DNA of 64,000 nucleotides from Phoronis australis. Its lineage: Eukaryota; Animalia; Phoronida. The position numbers were made by a program, and so were the translations under genes. Under the pieces are notes generated by a model. That model saw only the letters and a program-made list of their open reading frames with translations. It made no database searches and was not told the DNA's origin. Positions within the stretch are counted from its first letter, which is position 1; each line of letters opens with the position of its first letter. The stretch lies in the NCBI GenBank assembly GCA_002633005.1, contig NMRA01000314.1, positions 1 to 64,000 of the forward strand, given 5' to 3'. Below, in pieces: positions 52,188-64,000 of this stretch.

Positions 52188-53189
52188 GTAAATTTTGCAG
52201 AAATGTTTAACAGTTGGCTACCACACCTACCAAAAGTATAGTAAATGCAAGGCACTTGTCAGTGCAGTAGTGTTTGTGATTTGTTCTATAGTAAGTCCAC
52301 AAAGCTTCTTGCAAGTGTGTTATCGCTTGTAGATATTAATTGGCTACAAAATGTTGTGCATTATTAAGTTACGACCCATTAGATATTGCTGTATAAGGCG
52401 TTCAACACAATGCACGTTTAATTGTGAACATTAGTGTGCACGCAACAGTGTTTTCTCCTTTTTACCTCCTCAGGAAGGGTGAACTATGGGAAAGCAGTTT
52501 ATTTCTTTTCCACACTAAAAACATGAAACATGCAGGTACTGACCATACGTAAAACTTGCCTACAAAATCAAACAAAATTGCATTTAAAGTGCATGTTCTG
52601 CTTTTATGCCCACACCAAACTTACCGAGGCTACCAAAAAATTAAACAAAAATACACAAAGTTGCAAGTTTCCAACCTAAAACGACTCGCATGCGCTTACT
52701 CCACACCAGCAGACAACGCCTTCAGAATGCCAAAACACGCCAGATTCCAAAAATTTGTAAGAAGATGAGTTTCGACCGAATCGGTTTTTATTAACCTGAA
52801 AAGTCTGAAGGCGGTACTCGAATTTTAAATTTCCTGGGAAAACCTGCTTTTCCGGCCGGAAGTGGTAGAGTTCGAATTGCCACGGTTGCAAGAAAAATAG
52901 GCAAAGGGAGCATCAAGCTGCATTTTTTCAAAAACATGTTCGAAAAATAAACAAATGCCATTCACCATTCGTAGCACTGAAAGTAAATCTTAAAATGCCC
53001 AGCCAGTCAAGCAGGCGTCAGTTTCCATGAAATTGGGGGGTTCGACTGTTGCTTGAGAAAAATGAGTGCCATCTTTGAACACATCGAACTGGTTAACCAT
53101 ATGAGTTGTAATAAAAACTAAACGACTACGTCGCAGACAGTTACTACGTTATTGGACATATTTACTTTTATACGTCATTTTATTCCCAG

Positions 53190-53589
53190 GACATTTCCGG
53201 AAATAACCTCAATAACCACAGCAACACCGACAGCAGTAGTAGCAACACCAACAGCAGAAAAAACGGGCGCAGTAACAACAATGATAAAGCCACCAACTGC
53301 ACGGAACACCAAATTTGTGCGTTCAGTCATGGTGGCGCTGGCGCCGGCACTGCTTCACCGGTCTCTGGAAATGATTTCAACGAAGCCCACACTTCCATCA
53401 GTATGACGTCAGGCGTTGAAGAAATATCACCGACCAAGGACTGGAATAACCGGAATAAACCAATAAGAGGCTGGAGTGGCGTTTGCCACCCATGTCCCGG
53501 ATGTTGTTGGCTGCTTTTACTATTCGTTCTATTGCTTCTGTTGGCTGGCTTGATTACCGGTATAGTTTTTGCTGCAATGACAATTACAG
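53190..53589 (+). CDS. Paralog B coding exon 2 (Asn/Ser-rich insert plus transmembrane helix); downstream exons not located
   Basis: cag|DISGNNLNNHSNTDSSSSN...GGAGAG...VCHPCPGCCWLLLLFVLLLLLAGLITGIVFAAMTIT G|gtaaga; open frame, same phases as paralog A. Confidence 0.87.
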
Positions 53590-54585
53590 GTAAGACCCTG
53601 ACAGCATGACTTTGTTTCTTATTCGAATAATGATTAGGAAATGTAAAAGTACTTATAGTAAAACATCAGCTGCGCATGTTTGAAGCAGGAACATTATAAC
53701 TCTTTGATACCCATCTCGACTACGTAGAAATCGTGATAACACGTGCACCTGTCATTCAAAAGTTATATCTGTCACGATTTTTGGTTTGAATTCATCAAAC
53801 CAAGGTGATCATTTTTCTGCATGGGATAAGTCGAGCTATAATTCACCAATAAAGTCTGTCTCTAAATTTTGGTCTTTGCATCATAAAACTGACTTGTTAA
53901 TCGAATTGTCGCTTTAATGTGTGTGTGACTGTAACTGGGTGTTTACTAAGCCTTTGCTGTAGCTTGTTGACAGTATTTTCACGAATTAGATCCTATGTTT
54001 TCGTCGTCAAAACTAAAATGATCGATACTTTGTTAATATTATGATTTTAAACCTGTTCAGCATGCCGGTACATGTACAGTGTACGTGGACTATCAGAGAC
54101 CTGCAAAGTGAAAAACAAACAGCCAGTAAATTTGATATTTCCTGCTCTGCTTAAATTGAAGGACAAGCGAAGTACATGTATCTTTGGCTGTCTGTTCGAG
54201 TGTATATCAACTCCTTCAGATAAGCACATAACAGATCCTACAACTTTGGACATTCAAAAAACGGATTCTAGTTAAGTGTCCACTTTTCGAGATCAAGCTT
54301 AAATTTGGAAGTTTCATGAGTTGCCATCATATAACAACACTCGTAACAGCCGAGGCGCTCCCAAGCATACAATTAAAGACAGTTACCATTTTATCACGCA
54401 GCAAAACTAGAAGTTGTAATTCAAATTCGAGTTCGGAGATCGTAGGGTGGCCTTGTGTAACGTATATTTTTGTTTTGGCAACAGGTACATGTAACCTTTC
54501 AAACACAGTCACGTGATCACGTGACGCTACTCACGAATGTGGCGGGAATTGTCAAAAAGTTGTCTTTGGATGCTGGAGAAACCTC

Positions 54586-54985
54586 AAGTTGGTGGACCAC
54601 TATGATGTCTTATAGCACAAATTGTTGTTGTAACGTCAAGTGGGAAAACGTCAACATTTTGTTTTATAGCACAACTTGTTGTTGTAACGGCAGGTGAGTG
54701 GACGTCAACTTGATGTCTTAGGACACATGTCGTTGAACGTCAGGTGCGTGAACGTCAGCTCGATGTCTTATGACACATGTTGTTTTTGTGACGGCAAATG
54801 GGTGGACGTCAACCCAATGTCTTACACCACTAATTGTCGTTGTAACGGCAAGTGGGTGGACGTCAACTCTGAGTCTTATAGCACAAGTTGTTCTTGTATC
54901 TTCAAGTGTGTGGACGTCAACTCAGAGTCTTATAGCACCAATTGTTATTGTAACGGCAAATGAGTGGCCGTCAACTCGATGTCTG
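54586..54985. repeat. ~54-bp minisatellite, ~7-8 diverged copies
   Basis: Unit approx. GTGGACGTCAACTCNATGTCTTATAGCACAANTTGTTGTTGTAACGGCAAGTGG. Confidence 0.88.
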
Positions 54986-55421
54986 AACGCAATTGTAAAC
55001 CTCAAAACAAAAACAATTACATTTTTAATAAATGCCTCTTTTGATGTCTTAACATTGATTTAGCCTTTTATAGGAATCGAAATAAAATCAAAGACAAGCT
55101 TTTTAGAGATTTTTCACCAACCACTTTCCTCCGTCAATCTCTTCCATTTCTGTCGATGATTTAACTCCGCCCAGTGACCACATTACACTTTCGGTAATTT
55201 CCGCGATCGGCCGAGCTCTACCGAGAGTTTTAAAGGTACAAGATTAAAAGTTACCTTACAGCACAAATTGTTATTGTAACGATTTTTCATAGCACACGTT
55301 TTTGTTGTTACGACTATTTGAAAAGATCTGCAAGCAAGTTGCATATTCACGAAATACAACTGTCAGTGTTGACGTACCTGTTTCGGTTATAAAAATCTAG
55401 AGTACTAAGTTTCTTAACAAC

Positions 55422-57426
55422 CGTGGCCCAAATATGACGTAGCGCGTGTCTTTTTTAATAACTTCAGGTTCTCGAGATCTCGACTTGATTAAAAATGATT
55501 TATTTATTTTTCTATTTTTTCGAGATAGAACTAGTTAGACTCAACCTCGTTGTTTCTGTCTGTTCCGACGCACACCTCTACGTAAATAGCCGAACCGCAT
55601 TTTCCTCTGTACGCTACACGCAAAACGGGAGTAGAGGGCCAATTGATTCCTTCATGGCGTCGCCCCTCTCTGAACAGAAAGGACAATGATATACCAGGAA
55701 AGGGTGGCCACGAATGTCATCAACAGACCTCTTCCAAGGGTTGTGGCCGCTACATATGAAACGATGTATAATAACATTTGTATCAAGAGACCAGCAGTTG
55801 TTGTTACCACCAGACCCATGTTCGTTAGCTTCCCAATTTATAACAAGTGGTATACATTGTAGAAAAAACGGTAGAAAGAGAGTGATAGATGTCTAAGTTG
55901 CAAGGGATGGGTCCCTGGAGAAGTTTAGATAGTGTATTTTTGAATTTAAACGTCAGAATCTATTTGCTCTTGAAAACGTGTTTAACAAGTTTTCTCGGAT
56001 TTTTTTCGAGTTATCAAAGCAAGGGTATTTAGACGATGTATACAGCAAAAAGTTATTTTTTAATGTTTATTACGAAACCTTCAGAATACAATGAATATAC
56101 ATAACCCAGAAACGCCAAGAGGCATTAGATCTGGGTTAAAAAATACAAAGAAGTCTATATACAATTATTATACACGAATACATAAATTAAAAAACTGATG
56201 TTAAGATTACAATGATATATGATTACGAATGTAAATAATTCATTTTCATACACATGTATACAATTCTATCCACTCACACAAAGAGATTTAATGTTATAAA
56301 GAAATTCAATTACTATTTCGAATAAAACCTTATTTCCATTTGGGTTGGGTTCTTGACATCCATGTAGAAAAAAATTAATTTTGTTGTACAATTGCGAAAT
56401 TTCAGAATATTTTTTGTAAACATTGGGGTATTGTTCGAATGTCTGGAAAAGCTGTACCCTCTGCTCCTTGCATACCTCACAAGCAAAGAAAACATGAGGA
56501 TATGTCTGGGTGTCTCCACAGGAACACAGAGGCGAAATATTATTAAATTTATGTCAAAATTTCTCGTTGTTTAGGAATAGACCGCATCTTGATCTGTATA
56601 AGGTTATTTCATGGTTGCGAGGATGTTGGAATGATGTCAATGGGACAGGCAAGTCTTGAGTAGTGGTATGCATTTTAAAGTTATTTTGAGAGTGACGATT
56701 GAAGTGCTTTCTTTTATTTTGAATGGTAAGGAATTCCGGTTGTCAATACAAGTTAATATCGGGATGGGTCCCTGGAGAAATCCAGATAGTGTCTTTTTGA
56801 ATTTAAACGTCAGAATCTATTTGTTCTTGAAAATGTGTTTAACAAGTTTTCTCGGATTTTTTCGAGTTATGTGTGATTATGAGCAAGGTATTAAGACGAT
56901 ATTTACAGCAAAAAGTGAACCCTCAACAAAAATGCCGTCCTGACCAAGTGTTTAAAATGGTAGAGCAAACCCTAGTAGTTCAAAATGTTTTCATAAAATC
57001 TGTGTCTTCTATATCTCTCGTTGTGTCTTTCTTTTCTCGGTTGCCCTACCCTCGGCCTGTAGGCTACACTTTAAACCAAAACACTCAATAGATGTCGATA
57101 GCAATCAGGGAATTGAAGCTTCCGGTACACAATAGAACATCCCCATTACCGCTGGAATGTTTGTCAGAGATGAGCATAAGTTGCATTGGGAATGCTTTAC
57201 ACACACGGTGTTCATGGTGACGTGGGTGGGAGCTGTGTAGAAAAGTCTGTGCTTGACTTTCGTAAACATTCCTGGCTTAATTATCTCGGGATTTTAAATT
57301 TCAAAAAAATCAGTTTTTTTCGATTTTTAGTTAAGTCGGAATCTCGAGATCCGGAGATAATTAAATCGGGATATTGAGATCTGAGATAATTAAAAAAGAA
57401 ACGCGCGATGTCATCGTCTGGCCACG
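55422..57426. mobile_element. Composite non-autonomous element bounded by imperfect inverted termini
   Basis: CGTGGCCCAAATATGACGTAGCGCGTGTCTTTTTTAAT...CTCGAGAT at the left matches the reverse complement of the 57330-57426 end. Confidence 0.55.
56054..56760 (-). mobile_element. 5'-truncated LINE 3' end
   Basis: Minus-strand PLCSCGDTQTYPHVFFACEVCKEQR (CCHC knuckle of non-LTR ORF2), then AATAAA and an A-rich tail at ~56070-56054; flanked by direct repeats. Confidence 0.7.
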
Positions 57427-58474
57427 AACCAACCTAAGGATTCCAATCCATAATTCGCACTATCCTATAATGAATACTGCACTTAATGATGTATCTATGA
57501 ATTACTTCTGTTCTAAATTTCTTCCTTTCTTCAAGTATTACACACTGCTAGTGGGCACTCGTTTTGCCTCCAGGCTTACTAATTGTTTCGTGGAAAATCC
57601 GGACAACTTCCTTCAACTCTGTTCCCACAATCGTCTTTTCTGGATAAGACAATACAGATGACGTGTTATGATTTGGGCCCATGGTTTACAAGAGCTACGC
57701 ATTCTTGAACAAAACTTTTTCCATTCACTATGAAAATTAAACTTTCATTTTAGTACGTCTCAATGAATTTGTGGCAAGTTTGAAGCTGTTAAGTTCTGCA
57801 AAGAATTCGACAGACACAAATATCTGTCTTTATGCAGTTGCGCCATCTGTGGGATGATGCTGCAAGGATCAGGTGTAATGTTTATGTTCTCTCTATCTCC
57901 CTCAATACAGTCACCTCATTTCAACTCAGTGGAATCATGTACTGTAAATACATTTATACAGTTTTATTGTCGAAAATTGCATTTATACTAATGTCGACAT
58001 GTTTATATCTTAATGCGACTTGAAATAAACTTTACCTCATTTTACTTTTAAAAGTTTATTACAGATTCACCATGCATGTACTGCATAAAAACAAGTTAGA
58101 TACCAAAAGCAATCACTTCAATTCGCGAACACGGTGACAAAGAAAATCCTTCAGTGCCATAGAAAAAAATGACCTTATACGCCACGGGCTTCAAAGAAAG
58201 CAATATAGGGTAGAGTTCAGCAGCTGCCTCACGGCTAGAAAAATGTAGCCTAAATCTCATCTCGTATTCTCATTTAAAATACACGGCAATATCTCGAGTA
58301 GTCTAGCGAGGTCCTAATGAGGTCCTAACGAGGTCCTAGTGTTATTGAGCTATAGCCTAAACTGGCACATTCAATGGCCAAGGAAATGGATAAAACTGAA
58401 ACTACCGCATAAACCCCATTGATGAAAAGATAAGAATTGGAATTTCGTAAGATGTAATTCCTGAACACGGTAAA

Positions 58475-59580
58475 TTGAATTATTTGAAATCTTCGATGGG
58501 ACAACACACACAGACAAGGACTTGGACTAATACTGCAACCAAGGTGGGAGTCTTCGAGTTTAAGGCAGAAACGAGGAATGGTCCGATAGAAAGTAAGACC
58601 TATGGAGGAAGAAGACAGAATCGTGACAGTAGCATGAATGAAATAGCAGGGGGGGGGCTCAACTAGTAGGAAATCTGGACGATGCAGGAAGGTGGGTTGA
58701 AGTTTCTGCTGAGATTTGTCTACGCACTACCAACCCCAGCAAAGCTGTGTACACGGTGTCTCTGTAGATCCCTCATGTGTATTGCGCAAAGCACCAGCAA
58801 GTCTACAGCATGTGTTGTCATGTTCACTGTCTCCTTCAGGAGGGAGGTACACTTGGAGACACGACAAGGTCTTCGCAGTGGTTGGAGACCACTTAGAGAA
58901 GGAACTGAAGATGGGCCATTAGGTGATAAGAGGCCCAGGATTCACTGGTTTCATAAGCGAAGGAGGTGACATTGGGGAGCAACAAAATGAGAGAAGTGGC
59001 ATTTTGGATACAGCAGGAGATTAGAAGTTCATGGTGGACCTGCACAAGTAACTGTTTTTTTTGTTTTTTTTTCATTCGAATTAGTCGAGACCAAACTTCG
59101 TAACATACTAACGTGGTCAAAACTGACCAAGTAAGTGGTACTTCTGGAGTTGAAGAAGAGAGTATGGAAGAAGCTCACGAGAGGAAGAGGGGGAAATATC
59201 TAGCGCTGGTCGAGAATTGTCAAAAGAACACATGTGGTGTTTTCCCGTGGAAGTTGGATGAAGTTGTTTCGTGGGCCAATCTATGTGGTGGGCGTTACGT
59301 ATGCTGGTTATAACAGGGGGAGAGAGGAAGAGAGTGGTGGGTGACATGCGTTAATATAATGAAAGAACATCGCAGTGGTTGTTGATTTTGGACAACACTA
59401 CATGGAGAAAGGAAATATCTGGCGTCCCTAAAGCTGCTGGGGGATTAGATGAGTAGTTAATGCCAATATACATCCCTGGGGCGAGACTGATCACCTCGGT
59501 TGGCACAACAATGGAGACTTTTCTGGAAAGCACCGAAACAGCCGAGGAAGAGAGGACTTCCACCTGACGGCAGGACTTGC
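58475..59580 (+). mobile_element. Decayed non-LTR retrotransposon with restriction-like endonuclease (Hero/NeSL/R2-group)
   Basis: LKFLLR.VY.LPTP, SLQHVLSC..GRYTWRHDKV, VVLLEL..MEEAHERKRGKYLALV..C and FPVEVG motifs, with frameshifts and stops. Confidence 0.85.
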
Positions 59581-62096
59581 ATCGTTACACCATATGTTTG
59601 CAGGTAACAATTTTCTAACGATGGGTGGTCCAAACCAAGGGCAGTTCATAACCCTATGTTTTAGATACAATTTGAAAAAATGCTGTGTTCGGTTTTATTA
59701 CTGTCTGGTAAACAAAATCAAACGCCGGTACAAAATTCCTGCACTCAAATTTATGTTTACCTTCACCAATTTAGACGACGTTTCTTTGACAATGCGACGT
59801 AATTGGTGCTATACGGCGCACATGTATAACTTTTATGCAACTGGGCGCTGGTGCGACAATATTTACAATGAAAGCAGACATATACTGTATTGTCGTAAAA
59901 GAAATGTGCGTTGTCATATCTTGCTAAAACCATCCATCAAATCATGTGCCGATCTCATGTACTGCTCAGGTTCCGAAGGCTCAATGGTACACAAAATTAT
60001 GTGCTGATATTATGGGCATCAGTCTTGCGTGTACTCACTTCTAAGTTCAACACTACACCACTACTCCGTACCCTGTGTTGCGGGGGCGGGTCCGGGGACT
60101 TGTACCACATGTTTAGTGTCTGTCTATTCTAGTGTTCAGAGAAACGTAACCGGAATTTGTAGATACGAGAATGGAGTTGTCTCCATCCATTGCGTTCTGC
60201 GATGTTATCTTAATAGAAGATTGCTGGACTTGTTTGGAGACTGGAGAAAACGAAAGAAACCGTGTCGTTTGACTAGTTTAAAAGTTTCGATTCCACAGGC
60301 CTGGAAAGTGAGCGACCCTAAGGTAAATGTAGTAACGTTCAGGCCAAGCGCCGGGCAGCATTACTGGTCCTGTGGTCTGTTTCTTGAAAGAGACTTAGAG
60401 ATTACCGTATGAGAAAATCATGCAATGTAGGAATTTTCATGAACATTGAACTATTGGAACTAAGTGCTCGTGATCGCTCATGTGAAAACGTATTCCACAA
60501 GGGATAATGTGACCAGGGATGTTTGCTGCCGAGATATGCCGTATGTGCTCACTTTATTGGAGTATTCCAATGGACTTATCGCAAGCTCCGCCCTCTTGCG
60601 TAATGTCGGTTAACAAACAATAAATTTTACCCGGCAACGTGTTGTTTGTCGGGTAAAATGGCGGCTTGGAAACGAAGGTGTGTCAATATTGCTGCGTTCT
60701 AAATGGTCAGATAAGCCGTCACTCAAAATCCTGACGATAGTTCAACTACGGCGTAGTTGTGAAATTGGCAAAATTAAAGTTGAACTACGTTACAAAAACA
60801 CAAAGAAAGCACACAGAAATAGCGTATACTTAAAATCGACATCAATGAACACTATTATACCTTTACAATTGCTTGTATTTCTTTATTATGTATTGAATTT
60901 CACTTTTAAAAGAGTTGCCCAGGGGAATTTGGCATAAGCATGCACGCATATTTTAAAAATATCCCCCAATGTCAAAAACCAAATGGAGAACACATAGTAC
61001 CTGAGAGAGACCCATTCTGTTGGAAAATGGATTGTTTTGTATGAACAATTGATAAATGTTCTTTTTAACCGATATCAAAACTAACCAATTCATCCATTCG
61101 GCAAAATTATTAATTCCACAAATCGCCCACAGCGGACGCACGAAATCAAATTCTGTGCACTAAACATGCCGTAATCGAAGTGAGGTCAGTTACAGTGTAC
61201 ATTGTGATGGACAGTCAGACTGGTTGCAGTGGTAATACTGTGGTATCTACAATAAGCAATACGTATACCATCGTCACACTGAAAAAGTGCTTAAGCCGTG
61301 CTGAGGAGTCACAGTTGTTTGAACAATAGGAGTCTAGTGTCGTCCTGGATTACACAGTGACAATTCAGTTAAGAAGGATCCAGACCCATATCAGCTGGTA
61401 GTGTTGTTGTTTGTTTTGAAAATATTCTTTGATCACATTCCATGACTTGCTGGTATTTGTTTATATGTATTGAGTTCTTAGTAAAAAAGATTTCTTCGTA
61501 GTTTGAATAAGTAATTCCAAAGTTCCACAGTAGGAACTTAGTTCCTCTTTCATTCGTCAAGTGGCGCGTTAGTTGTGGGTGTAAGTTTCTTTTTTGTATT
61601 TATTTTTTATTGAAATAAGAAGACCTTGTGTTGTAAATGGGTTAATTTTGTGCTGGTGTATTTTGAACCGTGTGTTTTTGTTGGGAAATGTTGTTGATGT
61701 AACTTAATGTTGACATTTGATGAATACTTAATGTCCGGATTTGAGTGTCGATTTTGACTAAAAATGTAATCGACATTGATCTTCTTGAGTTTTCTCGCGT
61801 TCTTTGGCATATACTTGTGTTGTAAATCTATGGTATACACTTGTGTTCTAAATCTTTGGCGTATACTTGTGTTGTAAATAGCAATTTTGAAAAACATCTT
61901 TTTATTTCCTTTTCATGCAATTGATTTGTTTTTAATGCATTTATTGCCCAGATAACATCACGTAGCCAGTCTGAGGTTGGGTGCCTCAGTTCTGGCTTTA
62001 ACAAAAGTATATAATAGCGACTAATAGATATATAAGGCAATAAAATGTACCTGGAAAGGGGAAAGGGGAGCGGGGGAAGGACTTTCACGCGCCATT

Positions 62097-62127
<31 letters not shown>
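62097..62127. repeat. (CA)n(CG)n compound microsatellite
   Basis: cacacacacacacacacgcgcgcgcgcgcgc. Confidence 0.9.
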
Positions 62128-63649
62128 CGTGTTGAAATTATGTCTGGAGAAATTAGGTTCTATATAAATACGTACAAACATAAATACATATAAAAATAAT
62201 AATAACAGTACAACTTTGATGATTTCTAGAATACTAATTAAAAGCAATTGATGATTTCTTCACAATAAGCCATTAACGACTCCTATTTTTACAATAAGCC
62301 ATTAACGTCCTATTCTGCACAGTATCTTATGCAGCAACATTTTGAAAATAATTCGTAACAAGGTTTTGGAGCACAGTGCTTGAAATATGGTATTTAAAAG
62401 TTTCATATGGATCCGAAGAGCCATTACTGAGATGTAATATTCCAGAGTTTGCCAAATTTACACATTTTGTCAGATGCTGCTTACAGTATACATTTAATCT
62501 TAAAGATAGTCACAGGTTTTGATGAAAGCGAATGTCTGTCACTAAACGCCAAGAATTGGCGATTTGTGATGAAATCGCAAAATTATAACGGATTCCCTTG
62601 CTTCATAGCAATGGTCAGAGCTAATAAATTAAATAACAAAATAATCCCAAAATATGTTTTTCGGGTGTAAAATTCATGTTTCCATGTGCTTTGAACTGAT
62701 TATGAAGTTAAGTATACTTCTAATATTTCCGAGTCAATAATTCTTTGAATTGACCGCTCATACCTTTATAATGACCGTCGCTATGGTAATACGAATTGCT
62801 TTATTTTTGTATTTTCTTCTGAAATAATGTAGAAATCACGTTGATTCAGTCCTCGGATTTTCTTCTTTAGAAGTAAGTCTTGTACGACAGCGCCTCCAGC
62901 ACGTCATCGAATACCAAAGTATTTTAAGCATTTAATGCCATCCTATGACGTCACGTTTGTTTTAAATAACCGCAAAAAACAAACCACCAGTTGAATGCAA
63001 ACGCGCATCAAGGCTTCGCAGTTCGCACAATAACGCAATTATACAAAAGGTGTGTTTTCAAAAGCTAAGATTTTCACTGACATTCAATACACGTCACCTG
63101 AGCGATCTTCAGAGAATGCACTCTGACAGTGTTGACACGCATCTTACGATCGCACTGATATATTAGTGTATAACCAGTAATGCCATTTGTAGATTGTTTT
63201 GCATTAAAAGCGACTGTTAAATGATTACAAACATGGCATCTTTCTACAAATATAACCGAGTGTTCCTTTGTCCCCTTCTGGAAGGCTTTTCAAAATCTCT
63301 CCACGACGTTTTGGAAAAACCACCGATACGTGACTGACAGCACGAGTGATTGAGAAATGATCACAATACTAACCTACATGTACCTCCCTTCCAATAAATA
63401 TTTAGGGGATGTAATCAAATCATAAAACAACAATAATTGACTTTCACACTCGGTCAATATGTTGACTTTTAGTGCAAAAATGTAGCAGTGACCAGCTCCG
63501 CCTCGGCCATTTCCACATTTTTGAGTCTGAAAACCAACACATTGACGTCGGTGAACATTAGTAATTCTACAACTTCCCTTAAAGTTACAGACAGTTGGTC
63601 CATGCTATTAGCTCATATGTCACAAGAACTTGGGCCGTGCCACTTCCTT

Positions 63650-64000
63650 AAGAAACCGTAAAGTGGGTGAATGTGGGGCCACATGCGACAGGATCCCAAA
63701 ACAGGAGACAGGACGCCCTAATGCACATAAATACCTCCACAGCAAATCCCACTCAATTCGTTTGAAGGGGCACAGTTTCGCCCTCTAGGTGAAGCCGCAC
63801 ATGTTAAAGAAGGTGGTTTCGCGGAGATGAAGGCGATCTACCTGACATAAGCAGGGGACCTTCGAAAGATATGTCAACCAGCAAAGGGGGGAGTGAATAT
63901 TGTTCCTCGGTGAAACATTGTGGTGACCGGGGATAGCTCGGTAAAACGTTGTTGAGGGACGGGAAGTGAAAATTTGTGGCGACCATGGGCCATCAACTTT
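63650..64000 (+). mobile_element. Possible decayed CR1/L2-type LINE ORF1 (SGNH esterase start)
   Basis: NIVVTGDSSVKR resembles the GDS block I of LINE ORF1 esterase domains; interrupted by stops; runs off the window. Confidence 0.35.

Noticed and set aside
59594-60412. 137-aa and 127-aa Cys-containing ORFs as paralog B ectodomain exons
   Set aside because: No similarity to the paralog A ectodomain and no convincing phase-1 acceptor/donor pair.

Overview
Eukaryotic (animal) genomic DNA, intron-rich, with one assembly gap (34516-35267). A marine invertebrate or lophotrochozoan source is plausible but cannot be shown from sequence alone. Most ORFs in the supplied track are intronic noise, so genes were rebuilt exon by exon from splice sites and reading phase. 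Left half: PECR (minus strand, 7 coding exons, terminal exon not found) lies head-to-head with a complete 14-coding-exon MTRR gene (plus strand, 748 aa). Each of these genes needs one GC-AG intron. Right half: two diverged tandem paralogs of a type II membrane protein I do not recognise (Lys-rich N-terminus, Cys-rich juxtamembrane segment, one TM helix) flank a complete 5-exon, 182-aa putative secreted three-EF-hand protein gene that the ORF track largely misses. This three-gene block is the best candidate for an undescribed system, but its function is inference only. Introns and intergenic DNA contain minisatellites, foldback/MITE elements, a cluster of CTCF-like motifs, and decayed THAP, Academ-like, Hero-like RLE and other LINE remnants, one flanked by a ~150-bp direct duplication. 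No CRISPR, rRNA or tRNA is supported.
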